Below, in pieces: positions 24,390-36,950 of a stretch of DNA of 64,000 nt. Origin of the DNA: Sminthopsis crassicaudata (taxonomy: Eukaryota). The notes beneath the pieces are model-generated. The model ran no database searches and was not told the DNA's origin. It saw nothing but the letters and a program-made list of their open reading frames with translations. The stretch is taken from assembly GCF_048593235.1 (NCBI RefSeq), contig NC_133617.1, positions 534,296,958 through 534,360,957 of the forward strand, in the 5' to 3' direction. Position numbers and translations under genes: made by a program. How positions within the stretch are numbered: position 1 is the stretch's first letter; the number at the start of each line of letters is the position of its first letter.

Positions 24390-24720
24390 ATGAAGTTGAA
24401 GATGAACAAAGATGTACAGAAGGAAATGTTTGGGAGACGGCAAATGTTTATAGCATATGAGGAAGATTAGTACGAGAGAATACTGGAAAGGAAGATTAGA
24501 TCCAGATTGTTGAATACCTTCAATAGCAGATAAGGGGAATTATTGAAGAACTTGTCCAAAGAATGCTCTGGGTGCATTGGAAAGAATACTGCATCTAGAA
24601 TCAGAAGATCTTGTTAAAAATCTTATGAAATCGTTTAATCTTTCAGTTTCTTCATCTACCTAACAAGCGAGTTTGATCAGATGACCCCAAAATCCCTCTT
24701 AGTTTTAATGTTTCTCATTT
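24390..24720. mobile_element. L2 fragment followed by MIR fragment
   Basis: GAAAGGAAGATTAGATCCAGATTGTTGAA (L2-like); CTGCATCTAGAATCAGAAGA...CAGTTTCTTCATCT (MIR-like). Confidence 0.5.
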
Positions 24721-26023
24721 TATTTCAATTTTGAATCTCCTCTGGTTTTATTTCTAACAAATGGATGTAGACAAGAGAAGAAAATAATTTAATTGAATAA
24801 CTTGGAAAAACTAAAGTAAACATATGTGTTCCTAGCAAATAAATTATTGGATCCAGGATATGCTACATATTAAAGTAATATTCTCATTCTTGGAATTTTA
24901 TCCTTTTTCATCTCTACTTCTTGCTTTTCCTGAACCCTCTTAATACTAGTGCCTTCCTCTGCTGGTTATTTCCAATTTATTCCTATTTGTACATAGTTGT
25001 TTGCATGTTGTTACCTCCCTTAGGCTATGAACTTTTTGAACAGAATATCTCTTTGTATTATTTTTTTAGTTGCCACAGTACCTGACCAGTAATAGGCACT
25101 TAATAAATATTTATTAACTAACTATTGACTATCACATGATTAAACTCTGTGATTATATTATATGTTATAATATAAGGAAGGTAAAATAGATCTTATAATG
25201 CTTTTTAAGATAATAAAGGCCAAATAAATCTATTAAAATGTAATCTGGCCATCATGTATTTAAAATCAAAAACATGTCAGAGAATTTCTAGGAAAATGTG
25301 TAAATAATGTGATAAACATTTTAAAAGTTACTGCCTCAAAATGTATTCACCTTTAAGAATTTAACAAAGAAAAATACCATCTCAGCTTATCCAAATAAGA
25401 CTTATTTGGAAAAAAGAGCTGAGGATACCAGTGAGAATTTATTGTGGTATGAGAGATAAGAGAGTTTCGTGCTAGTATTTCTAAAAGCAAAATATCTATA
25501 AACTGTGACTGCCAGAAAATTACTGGTTATAGAACCTCTTGAGAAAGACAATTCATTCTCAGTGCATTGAAATATGCTTTCACTTTGATTGTATTAATGC
25601 AGTTCAGTCTGGCTTCTTAATGACTATTTTTAATTCTCTTAGAGAAGACACACAGTACATAAAAAGTAGGTCATGCTGTGCTTATATTTCTCTTTCTGAT
25701 TTGATGTGTTCTTGCATAGTGAATTGTGTATTGAATGTCCTTGGAATTAAAAAAAAATTGGGTGATTCACATCTGCATTGAACATCAACAAATATGTTTT
25801 GGGTGGTTTGCTGCAGTGACTCTGACTTTAATTTTCATGCAAAACATTTGTCTTTAGAAGAATTTGCCTTTGTTATTCAACTCTGATAATAGAGCCCTTT
25901 CTGTGGAACATCTAAAGAGGAAAACAGATAACTCTAGGGATAGGGAATGGCAATGGTAGAGGAAGGCAGGTAATTTTAGAACAACTAAATTCTCAAATGT
26001 TTTTGTACTCCTTTATTTTTCAG

Positions 26024-26172
26024 AGGCTCTTGGTCCTTCTTCAGTGATTCATCCAAAGTGAACTTTAGAGCACTGAGTGCTTCGGACATTTTAGATTCCA
26101 TGGCTCTAAGCTGAGCCGTCTGCTTTGAGTCCTGTTTTGGAATGTTAGTCTTTGCTCCAATGTGAGGTGGAA
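26024..26172 (+). other. 149-nt exon-like segment with strong acceptor and donor, no open frame
   Basis: TTTTTGTACTCCTTTATTTTTCAG|AGG at 26023/24 and GAA|GTAAGA at 26172/73; stops in the frames translated from the acceptor. Confidence 0.35.
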
Positions 26173-26359
26173 GTAAGAGAACTACCCTACATTGGAGGTA
26201 TCTATGTGTAAGGTCCCAAGATATTGGATTTACTGAGTTGCTCTAATAACCTCCAGCTATCCCTTATTCTTTAAATTTCTACTATTAAACTAAAAGAAGG
26301 CTTTCCTGTTTTGGCCTTCCTTGAAACAGACCAAATGAAAAAGCCTATTGCTTTCAGCA

Positions 26360-26900
26360 TTTGGGGCTTATTTAATTCTTCTGCTATAGATGTTGACGTC
26401 CTTTAGTATAAAAGGGCTAAGAGAGGAAATCAGTAAACTAGGTGCTAAACTCCTTGGGAAAGGAAATAGAGTTCCCTGGTGGCTAATATATAACTTCTGT
26501 GATTGAACTGGGGAGAAACTTTTAATCTGAAATTTAAAGGAGGGGAGGTTATACAATGGTGGTAGTAAAGGGAGAATCCAGAAGTGGCAATGAGGGGAGG
26601 AGAGAAACAGGAGTATTTTCAATTCCCCTATTGTTCTAGTGTGTCAAGGGCCTTGAATGAAAGTACGGTAGTGGTGAAGAGGATAACCAGGATGTAGTGT
26701 CATCAAGGTAAAAGAAAAGCAGTTGTCAGTGAGGGCTAGATGAGTAGATGGAAGGAGCGTGAGAAAATGAGGTTCAGAATGAAGGGATGTTTGTTCACCA
26801 TGGAACAGAAATTCCATTTGGCATGGTGGAAAAGATGGGTAGAGTTGGAGTGGAACATGAGTGAGTGAGGGCTAAGGAGAATTAAAGTAAAAAAAATAGA
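26360..26900 (-). mobile_element. L2 5'/endonuclease-region fragment
   Basis: ORF 26736..26945(-) WNFCSMVNKHPFILNLIFSRSFHLL resembles L2 endonuclease start WN..S..NK..FIL.LF.S.SFHLL. Confidence 0.7.
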
Positions 26901-26984
26901 AGATGGCAGTTTATTTATTATCCACATTTTACAGATGAGGCACACAATGATTAAGTGATTTGCAAATGATCACATAGCTCATTT

Positions 26985-28495
26985 ATGTTTTTTGTAACTT
27001 CAGAAGACCAAAATTATATCACCATGCCAGGATGTGTTTACAGTGGCTGATCAAAATAATATGAATTCAGGAGGCTCTAAAGCTGGGCACAAATGGTCCA
27101 TTTGAATATTTAAGAAGATGTCTATAAATTTGTGCATCTCACATTTTAAAAATTACTCTAATGTTGCCTTACTCACAGAGATCAGCACTATTTTTGAAGT
27201 GGCCATGCCATGCTGGATGTTCTAGGCTAATGCATCCCATGGCTTACAGTCAATACGTAATGTCAGAGAAATGCCCTTGTATTGCTTCTTCTGACCTCAT
27301 ATGAACTCTTGCCTTCTGTGAGTTCTCCATAAGATAATATTTTAGGAAAAGATGCATTTCCATTTAAACAATGTGACCAAATCATTGGAGTTGAACATTC
27401 TGTAATAGAGTTTAGGAAGGATCTTGGTATCCAATATCATATCTTACCAGGTGATATTCAGAGTCTTTTTAAGGCAATTCAAATGAAAGTGGTTCAATTT
27501 TCTGGCATGGTGCTGGTAGACTATCCAGATTGCAGCCATACAACAATGAGATCAGCATAATAGTTCTGTAGACCTTTAATTTGTAGGCAGCCTAAAACAT
27601 CTTCTTTCCCATACTTTCTTTTGGAGCCTCCTGAACACTGAACTAGTTCTGCCATTTCTGCAGGTGTATCTCCCTGGAAAAGTGAAATTTCAAAGTAAGT
27701 GAACTTATCCATAGTATTCAAAATTTCTCAATTTCCTGTAATTGATAGTTACATGTATTGATAGCATGGTGCTGGCTGGTGGAGAATCTCTGATTTCTTT
27801 TGGTGTTAATTGTTGGCCAAAATTAGCACAAAGGACAGATAATCAATCCATACTCTGTTGTATCTCAGGCTCAGAAGTTGTATTGAGTGCAAAGTCACCT
27901 GTTAAAAAAAAAGAAAAGGTCACCATACCAACTCTTCTTCCACTTTAGTCTTAGTTTATAGCATTTTCCAAATTAAATAATTTATCATCAATGTGGAGGC
28001 TGATCTTGGTGCTATTTTTGTTTTCATTGATGGTATCTGACAACATCACAGAAAACATCATGTTAAAAAACATTACAGAAGACACTGCTTCATTCCATTG
28101 ACAACTGAAAAAATACAAGAGCATTTTTCCATTATCCAGGAGCTGTGCAAAAATGTCACCATGGAACTGGTGTATAATACTGATGAATTTCTCTGGGCAA
28201 CCAAATTTTATCATAATCTCCCACAAATTCTCATGATTTATGGTATTTTAGATCTTGGTCAGGTTGATAAATATTGTGCAAATATTCTCCTGGAGTTGTC
28301 AAGTAGCAAACAATATATCAGCTGTTCCTTGGTCCTTTTTGGAGTCACACTGGATCTTTGGTATTTGATCATCTTCTGGATGAAAGATTAGTCTATTAAA
28401 GAGGAGTTTGGCAAGAATCTTGTCAATAGTGTCTAAGGGAGAAGACTTCTATTATTGTCACAGGACAATCTATTTTCTTTTCCTTTATAAAGATG
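26985..28495 (-). mobile_element. RTE LINE (marsupial RTE-1 type), RT to 3' end
   Basis: MWEIMIKFGCPEKFISIIHQFH (27951..28226 -) and VYQHHARKLNHFHLNCLKKTLNITW match RTE W..M.KFGCP.KF..I..QFH and WTVY.RH...L..FHL.CLR.IL.I.W. Confidence 0.92.
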
Positions 28496-28519
28496 GACAA
28501 CAACAGTCAACATTTATAT

Positions 28520-28725
28520 AAGCCTTACCGTATACCAGCCAATGTGTTAAGTATTTCACAATTATTTTATCATTTTGATCGACATAACTCCCCTGGGAAG
28601 TGGGTAACATTATTATTTTCCTCTTTCTAAATCAGAAAACTGAGACAGAGATGAAGATAACTTGCTTAAGATTATATAGCTAATACCTTTTTTGAGACTA
28701 GAATGTAATTCATGTTTTCTGGCAT
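28520..28725 (-). mobile_element. MIR SINE
   Basis: AACATTTATATAAGCCTTAC...AGAAAACTGAGACAGAG, reverse-complement CORE. Confidence 0.75.
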
Positions 28726-29289
28726 TTCCCAATATTTTTTCCTACAAGATTATTCAGAAATTTGATCTGAAATGAGATGGGTTAACAGGGACAGAAGAGA
28801 AGAGGAAGGTTTCTAAACTGGGGGAATCATAAGAGGTCTCTGAACATGGATGTTCATGGGGTCTCTGATCTACACGCTCTTTTCTCTGTTCATGGTTAAG
28901 ATAGAGTTAACAAGAAATGGATATTTCAGTTTTAGACAAATTGCAAAATGCAAACCATATACTTTTCCCCACCCTTATCTCTGGGATTACTTGTAAACTA
29001 ATGTGAGCTACTGAGGAGAAGGCAGTTAAGGTGTCAGAGATGTAGTGTATGGCAAGGAATAAACCAGTTAGGATTTGGATAACTAGGCAGAATCCAAGTA
29101 AGGATCCAAAATTCCATCAGGCAGAGATGTTAGAAGGTGCAGGGAGGTCAATGAATGAATGGTTGATGATTTTTATTAGTGGGTGAGTTTTATGTAGGTT
29201 GGTCATTAGTTTTATACTAATTATACTAATTAGAACAATATATCAATCTTCAAGGAGGAAAATGAACTCAGTTCTATGTACTCTTGAAA

Positions 29290-31450
29290 CTGTTACAGAA
29301 TTTAATTCTTATTTCCCTTTAAAAACAAATTCCAAAGAATTTTCTCATTAAAATATTTCAGAAAGAGGGGAGGTCCTGGAATTATCCAAAGTTCAGGAAA
29401 GAACACATGAAATTTAAAAATGATTCTTTTCCAAAGCTCCAAAATCCACTACAGTGTTTTTTTGTTGTTGTTTTTGTGTTGTTTTTTTTTTTTTTTAATC
29501 AGTGCTATAGACTTTAATTACTTAACTTTATTTCTGTAATTCCAATGTGGTCAATGCTTAAATGACAAGAAAAAAATTATCTTGTAGGTTTTAATTTCCC
29601 TTTTCTTATATCCTAATCTCCTACTGAAAGTTAGTCCTTCTTACTGGGACAACTGTTTCAAGTATAAAACTTCATTAACCTTCCTCAATATTCCAAACTC
29701 TTTTGCTGGAGTCTGTCAGTAGTTTTTCTGGATAGCTGAATTTTCCCTCTAAGAATCTTGCTCTTAATAAGGGACAAAACCAGACAAAATTATTAGATAA
29801 ATACAAATATAAAAGAAGCCCCTTTTAGATAGACATGGGCAGAAACTACTACTTAAAGTTGCCTAGCAAAAGTAAAAGTTCATCTGATCAGATTAAGATG
29901 TTTCAAAGATTGGTTTTAATTTCTTTAATTTACAATGATGAGAATAATGATGAATTAATTAAAACAGATAAATCAGCTGAAGTTTTATGTCAGATATCAC
30001 ATAATTCAATTGTTAACTATTTAGTCATTCCTGTAACTTTTGGAAACATCCCCTGCTCCCATATTATTGGAAATCTATCCAACATTAATAGATTGTATCT
30101 TACTACTGCTGTAACCCACCTTTTGTTCCAACTTCTAAAAGCCTGAAACTTAATTTCAGACTCCTCTACTCCCTGGAGTGAATCAAATTTAACCCTAATC
30201 TTTCCCCAATTCCTAGGGCAAATCTAAAACTTCTTGGGAGAAAAAAACCCATTACTCTAAACTACCTCATTCTTTGGGATAAGCCTAAATTGCCTCATTC
30301 CTTCAGGAGGACCAAAAAATATATCTAAATCTAAAACAAATAAATAAACAAAAAATCCTCTCTCATTGGGCCCCAAAATAATCAAAGCTTAAAGTTGTCC
30401 AATCCCTTGGGCAACTGCCAAGGCTTAAAATGAAAAACAACAACAATAATAAAAATCAAGCAAACCAACCAATACCCTAAAGCTTACCTGTCTTAGGAAA
30501 AACTATATTTGAGAACAGGAATTCAACCTCTAGAGACAGTCTTCTATGAAAAAGTCCCTTTTTGAAAAATTAACCAGAAATTTCTAGGGAGGTTGTTTCT
30601 GGACATTTATCAGCCAAAGTCTGAGTCCTGACTCACCAAAAGCTATGGCAGATGAAAGATGAAATGACTAAGGAAAATCAAGGTTTGATCTTCTCAGCAT
30701 CTTGATTTAAGTAATGCATACCAATTGCCTAATAAAGTGTGACCAGACTTCTTCACTGTAGACCTGGACCCTAAATACAAGAGGGAAAAGATAAGACTTT
30801 TATACAGTAAAAATAATTAATCAAACAAGACAAATTAATTAAAGAAAACTATACAACATTAAGTAATCTGATTTCTAATTGTAAGAAACATTAAGGACTT
30901 TTCCATTTTGAAAGAGGAAAGTGAATAGATACAAATCCCTAAATTGAGAAAAGGAGGCATCCAATTAGGGGAACATGAAAATTATAACTGATTGATCAAT
31001 ATGGGGCCAGTTTTCAGAAAAGATATATAGCTTGCTTAATATGTACATTTATAAGAAAATTCCTTGCATCAATCTTTGGATTTGACTGGGTTTTTTGGTA
31101 GGCATAATTTAAGTCCTTGGTGGGCATCAGGTAGAAGTGGTTGAGTTATAAAGCCAAGCAGCACTAGGTTCAAACAGTTCAATAAGGTTTTCTCTCAATT
31201 CCCCCAATTGAATAACATTTTCTCACAGGACAAGTTGTATTAGATTGATATTGAATAGAAACTAAGCTAACTCCATAATTGACTAACAAGATGGACTCAG
31301 CGTGTTTCATTCAATTTCCATAATTGACCACTTGCTGTCCTAAACCCCAGATACTTCAATTGTTAATTATGTTTAACCTTTTTAGGCTTGGCTAACCCTA
31401 TATTTTTTATGTAAAGCCAACTTGATCACAGTGCTTTGAGATATGTGATA
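29290..31450 (-). mobile_element. Probable ERV/LTR-retroelement internal (leader-like) remnant
   Basis: Non-SINE/LINE block with minus-strand donor motifs (CTTACCTG ~30484, ACTCACC ~30631) and PBS-like TGG starts on the minus strand; no gag/pol motif confirmed. Confidence 0.35.
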
Positions 31451-32904
31451 TGTGATGTGTTATCTTCTTTGCCAATATTTTTCAAATTGTTATATTAATA
31501 TTCATTAGGAATATTGATCTATAGGTTGTTTTTTCTACTTCAACACTTTTTGGTTTAGACATCATTATCATAGCTGACAGTGTCATAATTGTAAAATAGA
31601 ATTCTTTAGGATTCCTTTAGTTTTCCTTTTTAAATTTTTTATTAATTTGAAATTAAATACAAAGACAAAAAATTATTTGTATGCAGCACAACATTTAAAA
31701 GAAGATCCAACATAAAAATCATAAATTTCCATTTAACAGTTTACTTTTTGGAAAACTATGTAAAAATAATTAGACTTTTCTATGCTTCTTTCTAACTTTT
31801 CTTTTGTTCTCTATTGTGACTTTTTTCTTCCTCCCTATTAACCTTAGTGAAGTACAAATAAATATGCAATAAATGATGTACAAAAATGCTACACATATTT
31901 GTCTTTATCAGTTCTTTCTCTAGATGTGGATAGCATCTTCCATCATAGGTCCTTTGTAGTGGATTTGGGTATTTATAATAGTTATTCATAGTTGTTCTTG
32001 GAACAATATTGATATTGCTTTGCACAATGCTCTCTTGATTCTGCTCATTGTTTCATGAAAGTCTTTCTCTGTTTTTTTTTTCCTTTAAAATCAACCAGCT
32101 CATCTTTTCTTATAGCATGGTAGTTTTGCATTAGTCAGTCATATACTATAACTTGTTTAGTTATTTCCCCATTTATGGGTAACCCTTTAATGTCAAGTTC
32201 TTTGCTATCACAAAGAGAACTGCTATATATATTTCCTTTTTTCCAATTATCTTTGGAAACAGTCCTAATTACTAGGTCAAAGGGTATACACAATTTTATA
32301 ACTTTTTGGCATAATTTCAAATTGCCCTCCAAAATGGTTGAATCAGTTCAGCAGTTTTCTTATTTTTGCAACAGTTTGTTTAATATTTGACTTAATTATT
32401 CTTTGATTGCTTATAATCCATCTGGTCCTGAAGTCATTTATAGTTTGATCAATTTTTTTCTTAAATTGGATTGTTTAAGTTATCTATTTGTTAACTCACT
32501 ATTCTATATATTTATAAATATCAATTCTACTTATATTATTGGTTTTATTTGCATATATTTAAGTAAAATAATTTTAATATCTATTATTTCTTAATTTGTT
32601 GTGAATTTTTTCATTTTTGAAATTGTAGTTTGGATTTCCTTTTTCTTTTTGAAAATCAAATTTATCTAGTGGTTTATCAATTTTGAAAATTCTTAGTTTT
32701 ATTCAGTGATTTTTTACTTCCAATTTTATTAATCTCTTCTGTTTTTCAGAATTTCTGAGTATTCAAATGTTCTTTTATTTGTTGGTTTTCTAGTGTTTTT
32801 GGCTGAATCTTAAAAATTTTGGTATGTCATTTCATTTTTGTCATTATCTTTCAGGAAACTATTATTTTTATGATTTATTATTTGATCCACCAGTTCTTAT
32901 TTGT

Positions 32905-33080
32905 TGTTGTTGCTGTCATCCCAGCTTATGTTCCAGATGAGGAACGGAAACAGAGTTAAGTGACTTGCCCAAGGTCACACATCTAAGAAGTATATGAGGT
33001 CAGATTTAAACTCATGAGGATAAGTTTTCTTGATCAGACTTGGCACTCCATTTATTGTACTACCTAGTTACCCCACTAGT
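32905..33080 (-). mobile_element. MIR-type SINE nested in L1
   Basis: CAGATGAGGAAC.GAAACAGAGTTAAGTGACTTGCCCAAGGTCACAC...CAGATTTAAACTCA. Confidence 0.85.
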
Positions 33081-35566
33081 TCTTTAGGATTCTTATTTAT
33101 TATTCTACTAATCTTAATTCCTTTCCTTTTTTAAATCAGTGAGTTCAAAATAATGAAGATGACATATTCCACTAACCTTCAAGGTAATGAACTTAAAATG
33201 CAGGAAAAGGCATTCATTTTTAAACATGGTCAATGATGGAATTTATTTTGGTGCACTTTTCAATTTTATGCTGAGTTCTTACTTTTTCATTTTTTAAAAA
33301 AATTTGCTTAATGGATGGGAGAGGGTAATGGGATGGCAAATTAGTTAAGAAAACTCAACAAGTAAAAAAGCCAAAAGAATATTTATGCTATGCTTCACCA
33401 CATCTATTTTTATATAATTTGCTGCTTTGCAATGATATTACTTTGAATTAAACTTCAGACCCTGAACCATACTGCCAAAATGTAATGTTAAAAATACATT
33501 GAATGTTTTACTATTTAAAAAATCTTTCAGGACACTTTTTTAATGGACTAAAATTGCTGTTGGTAGTACTATTGTTGGGAATAAATTAATTCATTGAAAA
33601 AATGTTAAGTGCACTAGATTTAAAATAGGCACCACTTGCATTTTTAACTTATTGCATTGCTAAGTTATATGCTATGCAATAAAAATAAATTGAATCCTTT
33701 CTTCAATAGCCCTTTATTGAATCTTATTTATTTCATTTTGGTAAGCAAAGGATATGTTTAATACTTGGTCTGCTTGGGTCAATTTTTTTTAAAGATACCA
33801 CACACAACTGAGAATACATACATACATATATATATATATACTTTCTATTTCCATTCAATAATCAGTAGCATTCTATAATATTTATTTATAAAATTCTATT
33901 CAGATTGTAAACTTCTTTTTTGTTGTTGTTGTTAGATTTTTCTAGTTCTGACAGTGGTAGATTGAGTCCCACCTCATCCATCATTGTAGTATTATCACTT
34001 ATTTCTACCTATAATTTATTACCTCAGGTATTTAGATATAAAGTCATTTGATGTGGATATACATATATAATACATATATTTATACAAATAAATTCACATG
34101 TATGTGAATATATGTGAATGTATGTATAAGCATATATGAAATATTGAAATTAACTCATTTTGCTTTGTTTAAGATCATGACTTTTACTTCTCTTTTTTCT
34201 TAGCTCTGTTGAATTATAATAGATTTTGTTCCAACTTCTTATTTTAATTTGGTATTACTATTTATGGCAGAATTATGTTTCTTGAAAATAACATATTTTA
34301 AAGTTCTGCTTTTTAACCCATTTAGCTCTTCTCTTCTACATTTTTGGTTGAGTCAATCCCATTATGATTGTTAATTGTTTTTTTACCTTCATCTTGTTCT
34401 CATATATTTTTTCCCCTTTTTATAAGGAAGAGGAGGTTTCTGGAACAGGAGTGTGTTCTGCATTAATGTTCTATTCTTGTTGAATTGGCTTTCATTCCCT
34501 TGTCACTTCCCTCTTCCATTTATCCAGACCTCTCTCACAGGTTCTTGACATTTCTTTCTCTTTACAATATCTTTTCTGAATCTAGGTTTTGTTTGTTTTT
34601 GTTTATCATTAATCCCTCTCTCTTCTTTTCTTTTCTTCTTCCTGTTTCTCCTCTTGTTATTTTATGAATCCAATGTCTTCTTACACCAAACTTGTATGTG
34701 TATGTTCATCATTTTTTGACCAATTAAGATGAAAATGAAGTTCCACTGCTGTTTGCTCCATTTATATAGATTTCTACTTTTATCCCTGGATTATGTAAAA
34801 AATATTAATCCCCCCTAACCCTGGTTGATTATTTCCCATTCCTCTCTAGTACATAATCTCACTTTATCTATCTATCTGTCTGTCTATCTATCTATCTAGT
34901 TAACTTATTTTTTTTTGTTTATGTTTCTTTCTTTGCTTTCTTTTTTTTTCTCCCTTGGCAAAATATATCAAAATCACTCCCAGGCCTTTTGCCTTTTTTT
35001 ACTTTTTCTGTAACTATTGATGATACTAGAGCTATAAGGGGATACTTATGTTATTCTCACTCCTTCCCTAATAGAATCCTTATAAAACACTTTCTGATTG
35101 ATCATTTTGATGTTTCTTTTGATTCTCATATTTATATTTTAAAGTTTTTATTCATCTCTAACCTTTTCATTAGGCTTGCTTAGATCTCTTCTATTTCATA
35201 AAAGCCCAGTTTTTCACTCCATAAAATTATATATAATTTTGATAGGTAAGTTATTATTAGTTTATAATTTTATGTCTTTTGCCTTTTAGAATATGGTATT
35301 ACATATTCTCCACTCTTTCATTCTGGTAGTTTCTGTATTTTTTGTAATCATGATTATGATTACTTAGTACTTAAAACCTTTATATCTTGCTGCTCACCAA
35401 TTTTTTTCCTTGTATCTGGAAGCTCTAAATTTTGACTATGACATTTTTGGAAGTTATTTTTCATTGTTGTTGTTGTTTTATTTTTAAGGAGGTGATTAGT
35501 GGCTTCTTTTTATTTTCAATTTGTCCTTTTGTTCTAATATACCTGGGTAGCTTTCACTCATGATTT

Positions 35567-35886
35567 TTTTTTTAATGCTGCATTAATTCTTTTTTTTTTT
35601 ATTTAGAATTTTTTTCCACAGTATATATGCATGAGTAATTTTTTTATATTATCCCTTGTATTCATTTTTCCAAATTATCCCCCCCCTCCTTCTACTCCCT
35701 CCCCTTGATGACAGGCAATCCCATACATTTTACATGTTACAATATAACCTAGATACAATATATGTGTGTAAATACCATTTTCTTGTTGCACATTAAGTAT
35801 TAGATTCCGAAGGTATAAGTAACCTGGGTAGATAGACAGTAGTGCTACCAATTTACATTCACTTCCCAGTGTTCCTTCTCTGGATG
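35567..35886 (-). mobile_element. Young 5'-truncated L1 3' end with 14-bp TSD
   Basis: TTCACTCATGATTT at 35553-35566 and 35887-35900; poly-T tail; L1 3'UTR. Confidence 0.9.
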
Positions 35887-36544
35887 TTCACTCATGATTT
35901 CTTGAAATATATCCTCCTTCCTTCCCATTTTGCTTTCTTCCTCCTCTCTTTTGTAATAGTGTTTAGGTACATTTTTTAAAAAATGAGATCCTTTACATTT
36001 ACTTTTTTCCTCATTTTTAAATTTTTTGAATATTTCTTGTTATTTCATGGATGAACTTATGCTTTGTCCATTCTAATTTTCTGGAAGTCTGTAGTTGGGT
36101 AAGATTTTGTACCTTTTATACTTAATGTTAATTCTCTTTCCAAGTCTTTTCTTCAAAGCTCTTGTTTCTTTTCCAATTTTTTATTCTATCAATCTCATTT
36201 CACTTATAATTTTCTTTTTAATCTTCCTTTAAAATACTTGAAGTATTTCTTTGAATAATTCTAATAGATCTAAATTTTAATATTACAGCATCATAATAAC
36301 TATCTTTTTTTCTTGTTTATTCATTTTCTAGCCTTATTTCCTTATTTCAGATTTTGTTTTAGGATCAGGTTCTGTGTACTTTTTTGTTAAGGTACCATGC
36401 ACAGCTGAGAAATATGTAAATTTGTTTCAATATCATTCAATTCAATCATTCAAAATTAGCTAGACTGCTGTGAAGTTGTATGATCCTGACCTAGCTTATT
36501 GGTGTATTGCTACTTTATCCTTTCTATATTGAATGCTTGGTTCT

Positions 36545-36950
36545 TCAAGGATCACAGGAGTGGTTTGACCCAGACAGGGGTGATTTGTGGTCAGAATAAG
36601 GGCATGGAGATACAATAGTTTTGTGATGAAGAAAGCCATCTGTACCTAGAGAGAAGAATGTGGGAACCAAATATCGACCACAGCATAGTATTTTCACTCT
36701 TTTTGTTATTGCCTGCCTTTTTTTCTCATTTTTTTCTTTCTGATCTGATTTTTCATGATCTGCAACATGATATTTGTGGAAATATGTATAGAAGAATTGC
36801 ACATGTTTAACATATATTGGATTACTTGCCATCTAATGGAGGGGATGGGGGAAGGGGGAAATTAAGAACACAAGATTTTTTAAGGGTGAATTAAAAATTA
36901 TCCATGTGTATCTTCTGAAAATAAAAAGTTTCAATTAAAAAAAATAAGGG
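36545..36950 (+). mobile_element. L1 3' end nested in the older L1
   Basis: L1 3'UTR ending AAATAAAAAGTTTCAATTAAAAAAAAT. Confidence 0.88.

Noticed and set aside
27521-27721. Protein-like ORF with an apparent acceptor (GDTPAEMAELVQC...)
   Set aside because: It is part of the RTE reverse transcriptase remnant; the adjacent frame gives canonical RTE motifs.
29835-30146. 103-aa ORF as a gene or env fragment
   Set aside because: No recognisable domain, splice sites or retroviral motif; AT-rich codons.
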